64,000 bases of DNA from Podarcis cretensis (taxonomy: Eukaryota). Positions 13,550 through 26,526 of the stretch are shown in pieces (position 1 is the first letter of the stretch; every line of letters starts with the position of its first letter). The stretch spans positions 58,838,001-58,902,000 of the forward strand of contig OX638153.1 of the NCBI GenBank assembly GCA_951804945.1, given 5' to 3'. The notes under the pieces are model-generated. The model was not told the DNA's origin. It saw only the letters and a program-made list of their open reading frames with translations, and did not search any database. The position numbers were made by a program, and so were the translations under genes.

Positions 13550-16352
13550 TATTGAGGATTAGCCATTGAACATGAGCATTGCTGATGACCTCTACCCTAT
13601 CTATTCTCATTTCCCTGAACAAGTACACAATGTATATTAAATATGTAACCCAGGTCAGCTGCCAGGGCCCACTGATCACTAGAACTTCCCAAGCCAGATG
13701 AATCGTGGCAATTGCTCTTATTCCTTGCTGTCAGCACTAGCCAAACCCTCTCCCTGCCCACCCATCAGTCATGGAGTGGTACAATCTGAATTGGTGCAGC
13801 TTTGCTCCATTCACAGACATGCCACCTCAACATTTGTGTATGAGGACTTGGGACAGGAACACTGGGGAGAACCAGCTCCAATGACAGAGAAACAAGGTAA
13901 TGGCTGTCATCAGGGATTATACCCTTCTAATACTGAACTCAAAGCCATCTGGGCAGAAGTCCCTGACAACTAGGCAAGATTGGTGGTGGTTTTCCTAAGG
14001 TACTCATTTGTGGAATGCGTTTGATATGGATCAGCAGGCTTTCCCGTATAGCCGTGGTGTGGTAATAAGCTTCTCGCAAGATAGTAAGCAACCATTTGGG
14101 ATAGCTTATAAACTGCCCAACCAGAGCCAGAACACTTGGAAATGCTATTGTGCTGTAGCACAGTGCGTGCGCAGACACATTTTACAGCAAGTCATGTTAC
14201 TGTAGGAGAGCCCTTTCCAGTGTGAATGTGTCACATTAGTGCCCTATGGTGACTTATGGGGTGTGAAATGGCTGTAATGAGGACAGAATGCCAGATAAGC
14301 TTCCGTCAGAGCATATGAAGTCTGGATAGTGTGCCTTGGGAGAACTATTGAACTTGGCTATTGAACAGTTACCCACACTCACAAGCTGCCATAAAGGAAA
14401 TGTTAATTGAGGCGATAAAAGGCAGCTAGGGAGAAGGCAGATTTGAGCTGATAGCATCTGGCTGCAATAAATGGGAAAGGAACCTGGTCTCTTAGGGTTG
14501 GGAGAGAGTGCTTCTTTCCCAAGTAGTTTGCAGGATGAGAGTTGCAGATCCATTGCTTGGCAGAAACCAGTGGCAGAAACCATGCAGCCGAAGGCAGGAT
14601 AATGTTGGGAATTCCTTGTGAAAATAATCAAATAGCTGATTTTTGGCACAAGGGTCATATACCCCTTCTTCCACTAAACTTGAAGTATTCCCCACTGACT
14701 TTAATTCTCAGGGATTCTGGGGTCATGCAGTGCTTATTGTTGGGCTTATCCAGGGGGAGAAGGAGCTTCCCTCTAGCTCCTATACTAAGCCCATATAGCC
14801 TGGAAGAAAGCTCTTTAGTCCTAACAAGTTAAAACTATATATATAAAAAACAGAAGACTATTATGCCCAAGTGCACTAAGATGCACACCAATGTAAAACA
14901 AACATTATGAGATCCTGCTGGACTCAGAATATCTATGCTGGAAACTGGTAAATTCAGACATCCAAAAAGAACAAGCCAGGCATCACTGGTTCATACAGGT
15001 TCTCTTTCTCTTGCTCCTTTTTAACATAGGTGGGAGAAATTACCCACCCTACAACCCCTGGGAATAACCTTCCTCCTGTTGTGTGCAGGAATAGCAGCTA
15101 AGGTTGAGGACATCTTCTTTTCCTAGGTATTTGTGCTGCGCCTTTACTTATTTTTAAATCAAGTACTGTTTGCACCAGTTTAGTTCTCAGATTCACACTT
15201 CACCCATCATCCCTATTTCTGCTTTGAGGAACTTGAGTGAGAATTCTTTCCTGGCTCCTAAATCCAGGATGCTTCATCACACACAAAAATACTCAGACTA
15301 AGGAAGACAGTCTGTGGTTGTCTGCATCTGACTGGGAACAGACACCAAAATGGTGATACACAAATATCCCTCATTAACTAACTCTGTAGGTATGTTTGCG
15401 CTGCAGTTTCAAGCCGGAAGGCAAGAGGAGCCCTGAAAACAACTGTGTGGAATCTGGACCAATTACTCTTGTGAGACAATCATCCCCTACTGGTTGACAG
15501 ACTATAAGATCCACATTTGCCTAAAGTCCTCATCAGTGACCTAAATCTGGATGTTAACATCAATAACCCAATTTCATCATGATTTCAGCATTTCTCATCA
15601 CTGCAACAGAGGAAGAGAGCTCTCTAGATGCAGTTAGTCCATGAGGCAGGTTTGAACATCCCTTTATTCTCTGTCCGCCCCATGGACAAGACCAGAAGAA
15701 TATAATCTGGGTTGGGAAAGACTCAATTCTTGCTAGACAAAGTGTGCCATAACCTTTACAAAAACATTCACAAACTCCCTCAGGGCTGCAAAGAGAGAAC
15801 TGGAAGCCTTCTGTATTGGAAACATTTATAGAGTCTGCTTCTGAATGATCAACAGATGCCCACAGAGATTCAATTCCTGCCAGGATGAAAAATTGGCAAA
15901 TATTAAGTTCTCATGCAGTGATTGAGCCGTTTCAGATTTAAATGGGTGAAAGTTGCCATTGTTAGGTGTTCTATTAATGAACCATATAGTGCCTCTGGGC
16001 CACTTCGCTTTGCAGTCCAGGGGCTGTCAGAACACTAAAACAAATGCTGGTGCTAGGGACAGAAATTTATTTTGGGGAAATGCAGCAAAATCTGCCTTCT
16101 GGTCATTCAGCAGCTGCAAGGCTGCTTGGAGGTAGTTTTCTGTACCGGTTGACCAGACATGGTCTGAGGTTCTATGAAAAGTGCTGAAATGTCTTATTTT
16201 GCATGGACTTTCCTTTTTGTACTGTGCTCAGAAATAGTGCTTGTGAGGAGTACAAGATTAGAACTGCCTGTGGAGATACCTGGGGACTGGAAGTAGCAGA
16301 GTCATTACTGCCTGAGCCACTGGAGCTGATGGAATGGGAGCACTTGAGTGGT

Positions 16353-16354
<2 letters not shown>

Positions 16355-16423
<69 letters not shown>
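16355..16423 (+). repeat. compound (TG)n(AG)n microsatellite
   Basis: Read directly. Confidence 0.97.
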
Positions 16424-16427
<4 letters not shown>

Positions 16428-17324
16428 GGCATGTGGTAGAACATCATTATCTCATTGGCTGCCCAATATATAGGTAATATGAGGGTGAAATCACCAGCAC
16501 AATCCCTAACGAACATGGACAGTGTTTCTAGGATGCTCTTTGTGTATAGCAGTTTTTAAAAAATTGAGAGCAAGAGTTCCTTGGCTTGCAGCTATTTATA
16601 TATGCCCACTGAAAACATCTCTAATTTATCCTTTTCTTAGTTTAGATTCTGCTCAAAATGGAAGGATATTGCAGGGGTCTCCCTCTCACTGCTTTATGAA
16701 TGTTCACTTCACAGACATTGTTAATGGCTATGAGATTTCAATCGCCCCACTTCAATCCACCCTTTAACTAAGGGCAAGCTGTGAGCAAATGTCCATTTGG
16801 CAAATTAAGACTTTCCAGGCAAAGCATGCTGCAGCAGCAGGATTGAGCACACTTCAGGAGCAGAAGCCAGGAGGTAGGGTTTTTTTTTGGGGGGGGGGGG
16901 ATCCTGAGAGCCAGACAGAAGTGCTGAGATATGCTTGTTTGTGCTTTGGTTAAAACATTAACAAGATTGCTCTGAAAGCTTTGCAAGAGGTTGGCTGCCA
17001 AAATTAAATGTTTAGAATTTAAAAGCATCCATTTTTATTAAAGTCTGACATATTGCTGGCTCTGGCTTCAGTATTGGCGCCTACAGATGAGGAGAACTGG
17101 GCACTGAAAGACCAAGACCAAAGGTGGGCAGGGTGGCCAAGATGCAAATGAGGGCACTGTTCCTGCACCTTTATTGGTTATGCAGAGCACAGAATTTCAG
17201 CAGGTACAGTTTGCATGTTATTCTCTCCTCCACACAACTATTTATATAGGTATAGGTGCCCTGCCCTCACCTGCATCTTGGCCCCCCTAAATATGGGTGC
17301 AAGGAGGCTATTCTGTATGCAAGC

Positions 17325-17469
17325 ATCCTAGGAAAAAAGAGGTGCCAGAACTCACCTGAACTCAGTTCTGGCACCTCTCAGGTGGGCACCATTGCCATTA
17401 TAGAAGAACAAGGGAGATATTCATGTTGAGTTCTGGCACCCCCACCCCCCCCCCCGAAAAATAGTACTG
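17325..17469. mobile_element. non-autonomous DNA-transposon (MITE) remnant with internal hairpin
   Basis: 14-bp perfect inverted repeat gaggtgccagaact/agttctggcacctc (~17339-17378) and a third arm gagttctggcacc at ~17429. Confidence 0.55.
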
Positions 17470-19937
17470 CTTAGATCACATATAAGTTAAAAAATAGGCA
17501 CATCCACTTTCATGTTTTGTGGTACATACCCCTTCCCTTCTAAGATTAGGTCATTATATGCTGTTAAAATATTTGTCATCTGGCTTCTGCCACTCCACTT
17601 AAGACCTGGCAACTCCAGAGTCTCAGAGGCAGCTAAATTGATGGCAAAGACAGCTATAAATTAACCATTATAAAATTTATTCAAGTGCTCCATATAGATC
17701 TGTCGAAATTCTCCACCACAAGCCCCATCTTAGTCTCCCTCATTAGCGCTAAACATATCCTGTCTCTAAAGAGTCTGAGCCAGCATCAGGTGGAAGGAAT
17801 GGAGGAAAATCCAAGCGGAATTAGCAGAGATGAAAAGCTACAGCTGTCTCAGACAGGGGTCATGGCTCAGAATAAGGGAGACCCCACTGGAGATAGATTT
17901 GTGCTAACTAATCTAGAATCACTAATTCACAGCTCTGTGTTTTTTCTCTTTCTATGGCCTCTGCAAGCAGCGGCATAATTTCCATATCTCTCAAGGGACA
18001 AACCACTGCCTGGGAGGCAGCTGTGGTTCCAGACAGGATAAAAGGAAGGCCAGTCAACAAAATAATCAAACCCAAGTTTTGCCTTGGGCCTAATCCACTG
18101 CCTCTAATACTATACTGTGTGAAGACATGAGTTCTGCTGGAAAAAAACCCAGTGTGCAGTACAGTAGCAACAGAAAGAGGGAATGTTACGAAGTACTCCT
18201 AAATTCAGATTTTCCTCTAAGTATTGTAGCCTGCACCTGAGAATGGAAGCTCTGTTATGATCTGGAAGACAAGGAATGAACCACCTGCAATGTGTCCTGC
18301 TAAATACATTGGCAGCTATCTCCCTGACACTCCTTATCACTTGTAAATTTAAAAGTAAAACACAAGAGCATCAGAACCTTTCTGGAAGTGTTAAGCCAAG
18401 ACACCTAAAATGTCACTCATTTGTTTTCCCCACATAGCTAATTAAGAAGTTTCAGTGGCATCAGGCTACCACCAGAAAATAGTGATGATGTTAATCCTTT
18501 TCCCCTTCCGCACCTGGACATCAGAAAGAAGTTACACCTTTAGAAGGCATTTCTCAGAGATTTAGGACAATCTCTTCCTGGCTGGCATGATTTAGAAACT
18601 TTTAGCACCCAATCCTTTCGGGAAGACAATATTTTTAGCCTTTTATTGTAAATATTAAACTCAGATTTGGTGGTAAAAGCTGCTACTAGCCTGCTCAGAG
18701 TTAGGGGCTTCTTATCTTCAGGGGTTGGACTCTATCTCCTAGGATCTTCACTAAGGTTGTAATCTGTGACTCTCAGATCCACCCACCCACCCACTCTGCA
18801 GGTGTCAGAAACTATGTCCTCTTCTTCACAGAACAGGCCATATGCCCCTTCGTTACACTACCTCATTTTATTTTTCCTTGTTTTTGTTCCTTTTGCTGTA
18901 CCAGAATGGCTCCAGGATGACACTACCAAACTCTCCTCTGCATCCCTTACCAATATACTCTGAGCCAGTGTTCTTAAGCTGGCAACAGATATTTCCCTTC
19001 TCCATGCTTGTCCTACTGCTCTGAAAATCCCTCCCCACCCCGTGCAAATTTTTTTGCCTTTCCCTTCACATTTCTTCCAAACAGATTTGTACAGCACATC
19101 CTCAGCAGCAATTTTCTCCACCACATTTCTCTCCTTTATGCTCACAAACCACTTCAAGCATTTCCACTGTTAGAAAAAGACTTACTTCCCTGTTTTCTGT
19201 TAAGAAAGCCAAATAGCTCATACCGTTAGTTGCTTCAAGCTCTCCAGAACTGAAATCCTTTTCCTTTGCCAGTCATCCCAAACGTTTTCCTCATTTGTTA
19301 ATATTGCCAAATTGTGTTCATCTTCTTTTTCCAAAGTGTGCTGCACAAGCCCCCTCCTGCAGTTTTTGTGGTAAGGCTGGTGCTTTAGAATGATTTCCTT
19401 TTATTGCTGTGGCCAGGCAGCTTCCCCCCTCCTCAATTTCTTGTTAGCATTCTTCCTTTGTTGTATATTTCTGCAAATTGAAAGCTTGCACCGTTAGTTT
19501 TAACCCCTTTATTAGCTTTAAACTCTTTTAAACTTAGCCTGTTGTTAGTGTGTTGTGAACATCGGCATCAATTGATTCTGCTTAATAGCTTTCAACAAAT
19601 ATGTTACAGTAATTCCTTCCAATACAAAAAAATTACTTGAGATTTCGTTGTCCATGACTACCCATGGAGTGCCAAATTCCAAAGTGTGTTCAGGCTCAAG
19701 CACAAAAGATCCTAAAAATAGGTTGCATGCCAAGGTTGCATGTGCAAGCTTGCATTGCGTGCACACTGCACACTTCATAATAGAGACCCTTGACCCAAAC
19801 CACCTTGAATTGCTTGACATGTGCATATAGTGAGGGTAGCATTTTCCCCAAGCCAACCTTTTGTCACAAGCATCAAAGGCTATGCATGCAAACAGGAAGT
19901 GCACAACTGCTCAAAGAATTCCAGTAGAAAAATGACA

Positions 19938-20108
19938 TTGTGTTGTATCCAAAGCAGAGTGAGGGACATTCCACTTGCACAATGAGACTTCTTCTGCCTC
20001 TGCTCTCCTCACCCTCCCCATATCTGCTTCAGGGAGCTGAAGGGGGGAGTTACACCGTGCAAGCCAAAGTCTGTTGTGCAAGAGAAATGACAATGTTGGA
20101 TACAACCT
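19938..20108. mobile_element. palindromic MITE (family also at ~39610-40075, ~46886-47090, ~58184-58315)
   Basis: Terminal inverted gttgtatccaa ... ttggatacaac and internal cttgcaca / gtgcaag arms shared among the copies. Confidence 0.6.
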
Positions 20109-21635
20109 ATGGATACAACCTACACTCCAAGATGCTTCCAACTGAGTCAGATAAACCCAAAGGCATCAATTCATAATAATACCAATCACTATAAACTAGG
20201 AAGTACATCCTAAAACAAAGGATACTCCTATAACAAACTGAGAACTAACTACAGAATGCAGATTGGAAAGGGGGAAGCGCAGAAACACACACCTTGCTGA
20301 AAAGAACTCTGATGACCTCTGTGAAGACCCCACTCCCAGCCCAAAGTACAGGACCACAGAGCTTCTCTTCCTGGTTAATTCTGAGGAGGATGACCCTGCC
20401 TACCAAGCAAGAGAAGGCTCATGAACAAATGAAAAGATTCCATGTGGTCACATGGGAGAGAAGTAAAAGGCTCCTGAGCAGGGGTTGCCACCCACCCACT
20501 CAGTCACAACCTCTTCTATTGGCTGCAAAGTAATACATCTCTCAACCAAATTTCGGCTGGGGAGCGGACCCGATGAGTGCTGCAAATGTGCTCTATGTTG
20601 GTAACCCCTGCAACTAGTTTGACAAAGAAAATGCTTGCAGGTAACAAACTGAAAAGGACTCAAAGAATTAAGCTTGCAATTTTCAGATTTTCAAACCCAA
20701 CTTCTTTCCACCTCGCACATCCCATCCTAAATACGTCACTGAAGATGGCAAGTGCTCTTTAGCAAGGACGATGTCGTTTGTGTATTTGGTACAGCGGCAA
20801 GCACAGCATTAGCACCAAGAAAATGTTAAGAGTAGTAATAATTTATTACCTCTCCCCCCAAAAGAGCACAAAAAGATACACTGCACACAATAGAGTGATC
20901 AGAGGCGCCACACCCCTCCCTGGCCCCTTACTGCCAAATTCTATATACATCATCTTACAGGTGCTATTTCAGCAGCAAGGTGTTCATAATGTTTCTTCTA
21001 GAGGGGGAAAAGGAATTCTTCCTTGAAATTCTGGCCTCAAAGTCCACTGCTAGGCATGGCTGAGATCCATCAACGTACTGGGGAAGGGAGCATCTCATCG
21101 GAGTCCAAAAAGAACAGAGGAATCACACAAGATGGCAGTCTGTTCTGAATAATAACCAACATACACCAGGCAAGAGCCCAGTAAAGGTGCCTGTACACCT
21201 GCTTGCCTGTTTGCATCCACTGGACATGGTTCTGCAACCTGGAAGATAATATGCAGGTAGGAGACAATCTTCTGCAACAGATACTGTGCCAAATCCTCCC
21301 AACATTTTAATTAAGAATTCAGACTCTAAATTTTAGAGCTCATCTGATTGAGATTTCCAGTCTGAGTACAGTACCAAAGGTATGACCAACTCCTGGCTTC
21401 CCAACAGAGCACAGTCCTATATTTCTAGAAAAGGGATAACAAAAATCGATGGGCAGTTGACCGCACAAACATGTCCTGTAATCTGCCGTTGCAGCCCTTG
21501 GTGGACAGGAGTAGAGAACAGAATGCCAAAGATGTAGAACACTGACTTGCCCCATTCCAGGCTTCTTTTCCCCTAAAATGCTGTGAGATACTCCCAACTA
21601 ATTAATTCCCTACTTCTACCTATGCAATGAAGCAC

Positions 21636-21641
21636 TTTATT
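21636..21641 (-). terminator. ARMH3: candidate ARMH3 polyadenylation signal (AATAAA on minus strand)
   Basis: First canonical AATAAA I found downstream of the stop codon on the coding strand, implying a ~1.1-kb 3'UTR. An alternative lies at 20842-20847. Confidence 0.5.
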
Positions 21642-22719
21642 GGAGCACAGAGAAGGTAGACTTTGACAGAGGAAGGGAAGGTGAGCTAAGTAGTTCCTGC
21701 TTCAGTCAATGTGAAATTTGGCATAGGCAGTGTATGTGCTGAATGGACTAGACACTGAAAATGTGGATAGGAGCACTTGGTCACCATATCAGCACCTTGG
21801 GGATCCAGGAGTATCAGGCCAGTGGAGAGGTGCTGAAGAACCTAATGTAGGAGCTTAGTTAACCTACTGGAATCAGGGGAAAATGGGTTCCCTCTGATAC
21901 ACAACAACTGCATTAGCAATAAAAGCAGAGGGCACTCTCTTTTATCGGTCCTATGGGGTCGGGGTGAGGAATCAATGGCATATATTCAAATCCTTAATCC
22001 CCAGAGTCTTAGAACAGGGCAGTAGGAATAGCAGAGGTGAGCTCATAGAGGTCACCTCTTAGTTCAGGAACTCTGGAGACCAAGTGTTTTAGGCAACACA
22101 CTGCGAAACCTCTTGAAGAGAATCTCTTGCAAGCACCATTCAGTCAGGAGGCCCTAACTCAGAGTGAAGGGCAGAGACTTCAGCTGGTAATTTCCACACC
22201 AGTTTGAGATGGGGCTGGCAGTACACATGGGCAACAGATGCAAAACACCCAAGTCAAGCAGATAACTTATAGACAGAAGTTCAGTCAATCTGCCCCTTAT
22301 TATAAAGGACTTAGTTCCCATGGCCTGCACTGCTTTCTCTTCCTCGGCATCTGTCCATCATCAGACAGGTTGCAGAGAATCAGAAGGATGAGCTCTCCCA
22401 ACAACACTGTTTTGCTCTAATTTTGCTCACTTGGGGAAAAACTCTTATCCCTGCACAATAGTTGCTGCACAGAGAAAAGCGAAAAAAGCGGTAACTACAG
22501 ATTCCTCTTCCTCACTCCCAACTCCACAGTGTAGTCAACATCACCAGTTCTCTGTGCTCAGGAATGTGGGACAAGTCCAGTTCTTCCCTTGATGATTCCT
22601 GGGGAAAACCACACAAGCACTAGGGATAGACCACCCCACAATCAGGAGTTACAGCCAATGCTGGGGAAAGGGACTCAGTGATGCCAGGACTGGCCAGGAA
22701 GCAGGATGGTAACTCCGCT

Positions 22720-22812
22720 TCAGGAGATGGTTGAGAATTCTTTAAGCAAGGTCTCCTGGCTGAGAGTGTTGAAGGCCAGATTTCGCCGGACATTGATGCT
22801 GATGGATCGAAC
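22720..22812 (-). CDS. ARMH3: ARMH3 (C10orf76) last coding exon, [30 protein letters not shown]
   Basis: Acceptor ctgttctctctcacacag|GTT, 93 bp ending in TGA. Peptide matches the recalled C-terminus of vertebrate ARMH3. Confidence 0.95.
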   Translation of the reverse strand, partial: VRSISINVRRNLAFNTLSQETLLKEFSTIS

Positions 22813-24553
22813 CTGTGTGAGAGAGAACAGTCATTTCATATACCACTTACACAGACCAGCACCTCTGGCACTGAAGGAGACCCCTGATAGGTGAGCTTTT
22901 GTTGCAACGTGATTGGCTCGGGGAAGAAAGCCTACCAACAAACTAAGACTTTCAACTACCACAAGGATGTTCTGTCAGATCAAAACAGCCTATGAATCTC
23001 TCTCATGCTGCTTGCAATCTACCCAGGTGTCAAGATGGCTGAAAAATTTCCTTCCTCAGTCTATCTTTGTGTCTTGGGTGGTTCAGAGCTTGTGGGCCAA
23101 GACAGAGCTCTCGGGAATTGGGTGCTTTCAACCCAGAGGTAAATTGGAGGAAGGATGTGGTGGTGAGGTCAGGATTAGAGCTAGTGGAGGTCCAATAGCA
23201 GTGGCAAGACAGAGCGGGAAATTGGCTAGATGCAAAGTTGGTAGGACTGTGAACGGCTCCCAGGCATGCAGCTTTCAGTACACAACTGAGCCACAAGTGG
23301 TGCAAGCCCTGAGTCCTGGATGGATGTTTACTGTTTTGAAGTCCAATATGGTTTCTTCTGCATCCTGCACAAGCCAGGAGAAGAAACTTAAGAGCTTGTA
23401 CTCTCCGCCTTTCTCTATGTTTTTAAATGGAATTCACTGTAATGATATGTGGCAAGGACCACTGGTTTCAATGGTTTTAAAAGAGGACTGGGAAAAGCCA
23501 TGGGTGATAGGTCTGTTAAGTCATGACAGCTGCCTTCAGGGACACTGTAAGAAACAGAATGCTGAACTAGTTGAACCTTTTGTGTTTCCATCTAGATCAC
23601 CTTCTATTGTAGTCATAGATAAATGTACATAATTCTGCATAAAAATTCAGAACACAGCAATCAAAATAAACAGTGCAGATCTGGGACATTTCCATAATTT
23701 AAGGTTGAACATGTTTGGTTCAGAGTATGTACCCCCTTACTATTAAATAGGGCAGCAGATCTTAACTGGTAAATAATGGGATTTTGTCAACATACAACCA
23801 AATCAGGTCAATTGGATTCTTCCCTTCTGCTTTGATAGCAAACACAGGAAATACACAAAACATTTATTGTAGTTCTCAGAGATTGGCTTGTAAGAGGCTC
23901 AAGAAGTCTCTAGAGAAATAGGGATTAAACTGGTTGCATTTGTTCAATCATCAGATGAAGAATAATGACGAAAGCTTCCTTGTCTTCATTCAACTGGGAA
24001 GAGAGTCCACTTGAACATTTCTGATAGAAAAACTGGAGAAAGGAAGACCGCTGGCAATTGTGTTAGCTATACTCGGTGAAACTGAATCTAAACTACTAGC
24101 ATTTAGGAGGATGGACTCTGGAAAAAGTATAATCTCAGAAAATTGGAAAAAGCAAATCTGCATTTTAATCAAGGGAAATGTAAAGTTAGTGAACAGCAGG
24201 GCATACTGAGCAGCAACAATTCCTGAAAGAAGGGGGGGGAGAGAACTTAGGCAGCACACACAGCTGATGCACAAAAAGTAGCAGAGAACATAGTACAAGG
24301 GAAGGGGAATATGCCACCTGCTTGTATGAATGCACAGATCAGGACAACCATGGCTGTTTCTGAACATGGCTGTTTCAAGCTTCTGTGTTTGGCAATTTCC
24401 CTCTTGGGAAATTCAAATGAAAAACCACCCTTATTCATGTTCTGTCAATGGAACTATTGGAACATGCTCATCTGATGAGCTGCTGGCAGGTTCAATCAGC
24501 ACGAGATTTCTCTGGCTCTCTCCTTTAGGAACATGCAGAAAAAAAGTGCAATA

Positions 24554-26178
24554 GACTTCCGGGTTGGTGCCATCGCCGAATGGCGGACTCCCTCCGAGCT
24601 CCGGAGGGAGCCTGCTCGGCAGGGGCTGGGTCCTACCGCGTCGGTGTCGCGGGGACCCTCAAAAACCATGGGCGCTGAAACCCATGGGCATGGTGACTCG
24701 GCGGGCACCGTTTGCGCCCCCCCCCCAGCCCGTGAAGGAGCCTATTTAAAGGCTGCGGAGCGGGTGCCGGGGGGGTGGTGCTATGAGTCCTCCGCTTCCC
24801 CTGCCGAGCGAAGCCGCATGCCATTTGGCGGAGAGCGCTGACTTCTTCAATTGAAAATTCGGATTAAAAGAACAACCCGTGAGTAATTGGAAACTGGACT
24901 TAAAAAAGGAAAAAACTTAAATTTTAAATTAGGAGCGAGCGGGGGAGGTGCAAAAAGGAAGTCAGCCTCCCCCCTGTTGTAGAGGATTTAAAGCAAAGGA
25001 TTTAACAACTAAGATCGAGTGCTACCTAAGTTTGATAAAGCTATTAATTTCACGATGGAAAGCTATAAGATTGGGCTGGAGGAGAAAAGTAGAATGTGAG
25101 CTAAAATGCAACCCCCCCCCCCGGGACCGGGAGCGATCCGCGAGAGCGAGTCGCCGGGAAAGGAGCTGTCAAAGCTGAAGAGTAAAAAGAGAACTTTGTT
25201 AGGAGGACTTTGCCGGTTACATTTGTTACAAATTAGATACAAAATGTTTAAAATAAGGAATAACAAGTTACTTTGACTGTTGGGTGGATCTGGAAGGAAA
25301 CTGAGTAACTATAACCCCCCTAGAGGGGCTATGGGACACTACAAGTATTGTTGCCATGGAATTTGAACTGGATTTTTTATCTGCTGGGAAACTGCAGAAA
25401 TGGAATACTATTTTGTCTACAGAGGTCTCTACACTAAAGGAGACAATAGACTTATCTATTGAAGAATGGAAGGGACTTGACGTAAAGTTTTGTTCCTGAA
25501 TAACAAAGCCTCTGTGGGAGATTTTAGAAGCTTCTGGAATTGGAACATTTTTGCAGGAGAGCAGGAAATGAAACTAGAGAAAAATGAGGAGAGAGAACAA
25601 CAAGAACAACATGAACAATAAGAATCGGACAAAAAAAAATGGACTTTTTTGAGATAGAATTTCTTCCAAGACTGGACGCTTGAAACCAAAGATGATTAAA
25701 AAGATGGCAAAGACTATTTAAAAAGACGGCAAAGTGGATTTTTGAAGGATTTCGGCCTAGATGTGGGATCTCCAGGATGACAACAGGCATTGATGGACAT
25801 TGGGGAACGCAACCGGGAAAGGGGGGAGGAAAATTTGGAATCCAAAGGGTGTTAAACTATACTTTATTCTTTTTTCTATCTTTTTTAAAATTTTAATCTG
25901 TTCTGCATATTAAAGTGGGGAACTCGTGGAAGGGAGCGGGGTCGATTTTAGGGGAGGGAAAAACATTCTTAATATTGGGTTAATTGTAATAAGTTTAAAA
26001 CTTGGGGTAAGAACTTGTTGAATTTATTTGAAAGAATTGGAATACAAGAGGGGGTGGGGTGGGGAAAGTCCTGGAAAAATGTTAATGAAAATAAGATTAT
26101 AGAATGGATGTTCTATTTTTTCATCTTTCTTTTTTGTCATATTTGAAAATGCTTAATAAATATTATTAAAAAAAGAAA
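24554..26178 (+). mobile_element. 1.6-kb non-autonomous L1-type retroposon
   Basis: Perfect 17-bp TSD agaaaaaaagtgcaata (24537-24553, 26179-26195), CpG-rich 5' head beginning GACTTCCGG, AATAAA at ~26155-26160 followed by an A-rich tail, and no long ORF. Confidence 0.88.
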
Positions 26179-26409
26179 AGAAAAAAAGTGCAATAAACCC
26201 TGAGATGAATGGAGGTAAAACCTTCTTTCCCTAATCATGTCTCGCCAGCATCCTGTTCAAAGTGACCTAATGAAAAGTACACTAGTTTGTCACCTGTGCC
26301 AGTCATATTTCTGGATAATAAAAGGGACGTTCTGGCTGTGCTGTGGCTGCTCTGCAAAGTAGACCATGGGCCAAGACTTTGAGGCTCCTACTCACAAGCT
26401 GAAACTCAC

Positions 26410-26526
26410 CAGTTCTTTAAAGAAAGCAGCTTCTTTGTGTTGCTCCGAGTAACGTTCATATTGGTCCAGCCCATCCTGCAACTTTAGGGTGAGGGTGTCG
26501 TAGTTGGAGCGCACCACTTCCAAAAC
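26410..26526 (-). CDS. ARMH3: ARMH3 penultimate coding exon, [39 protein letters not shown]
   Basis: Acceptor tttctggtgcag|GTT, donor CTG|gtgagt, 117 bp, phase 0-0. Peptide matches ARMH3. Confidence 0.96.
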
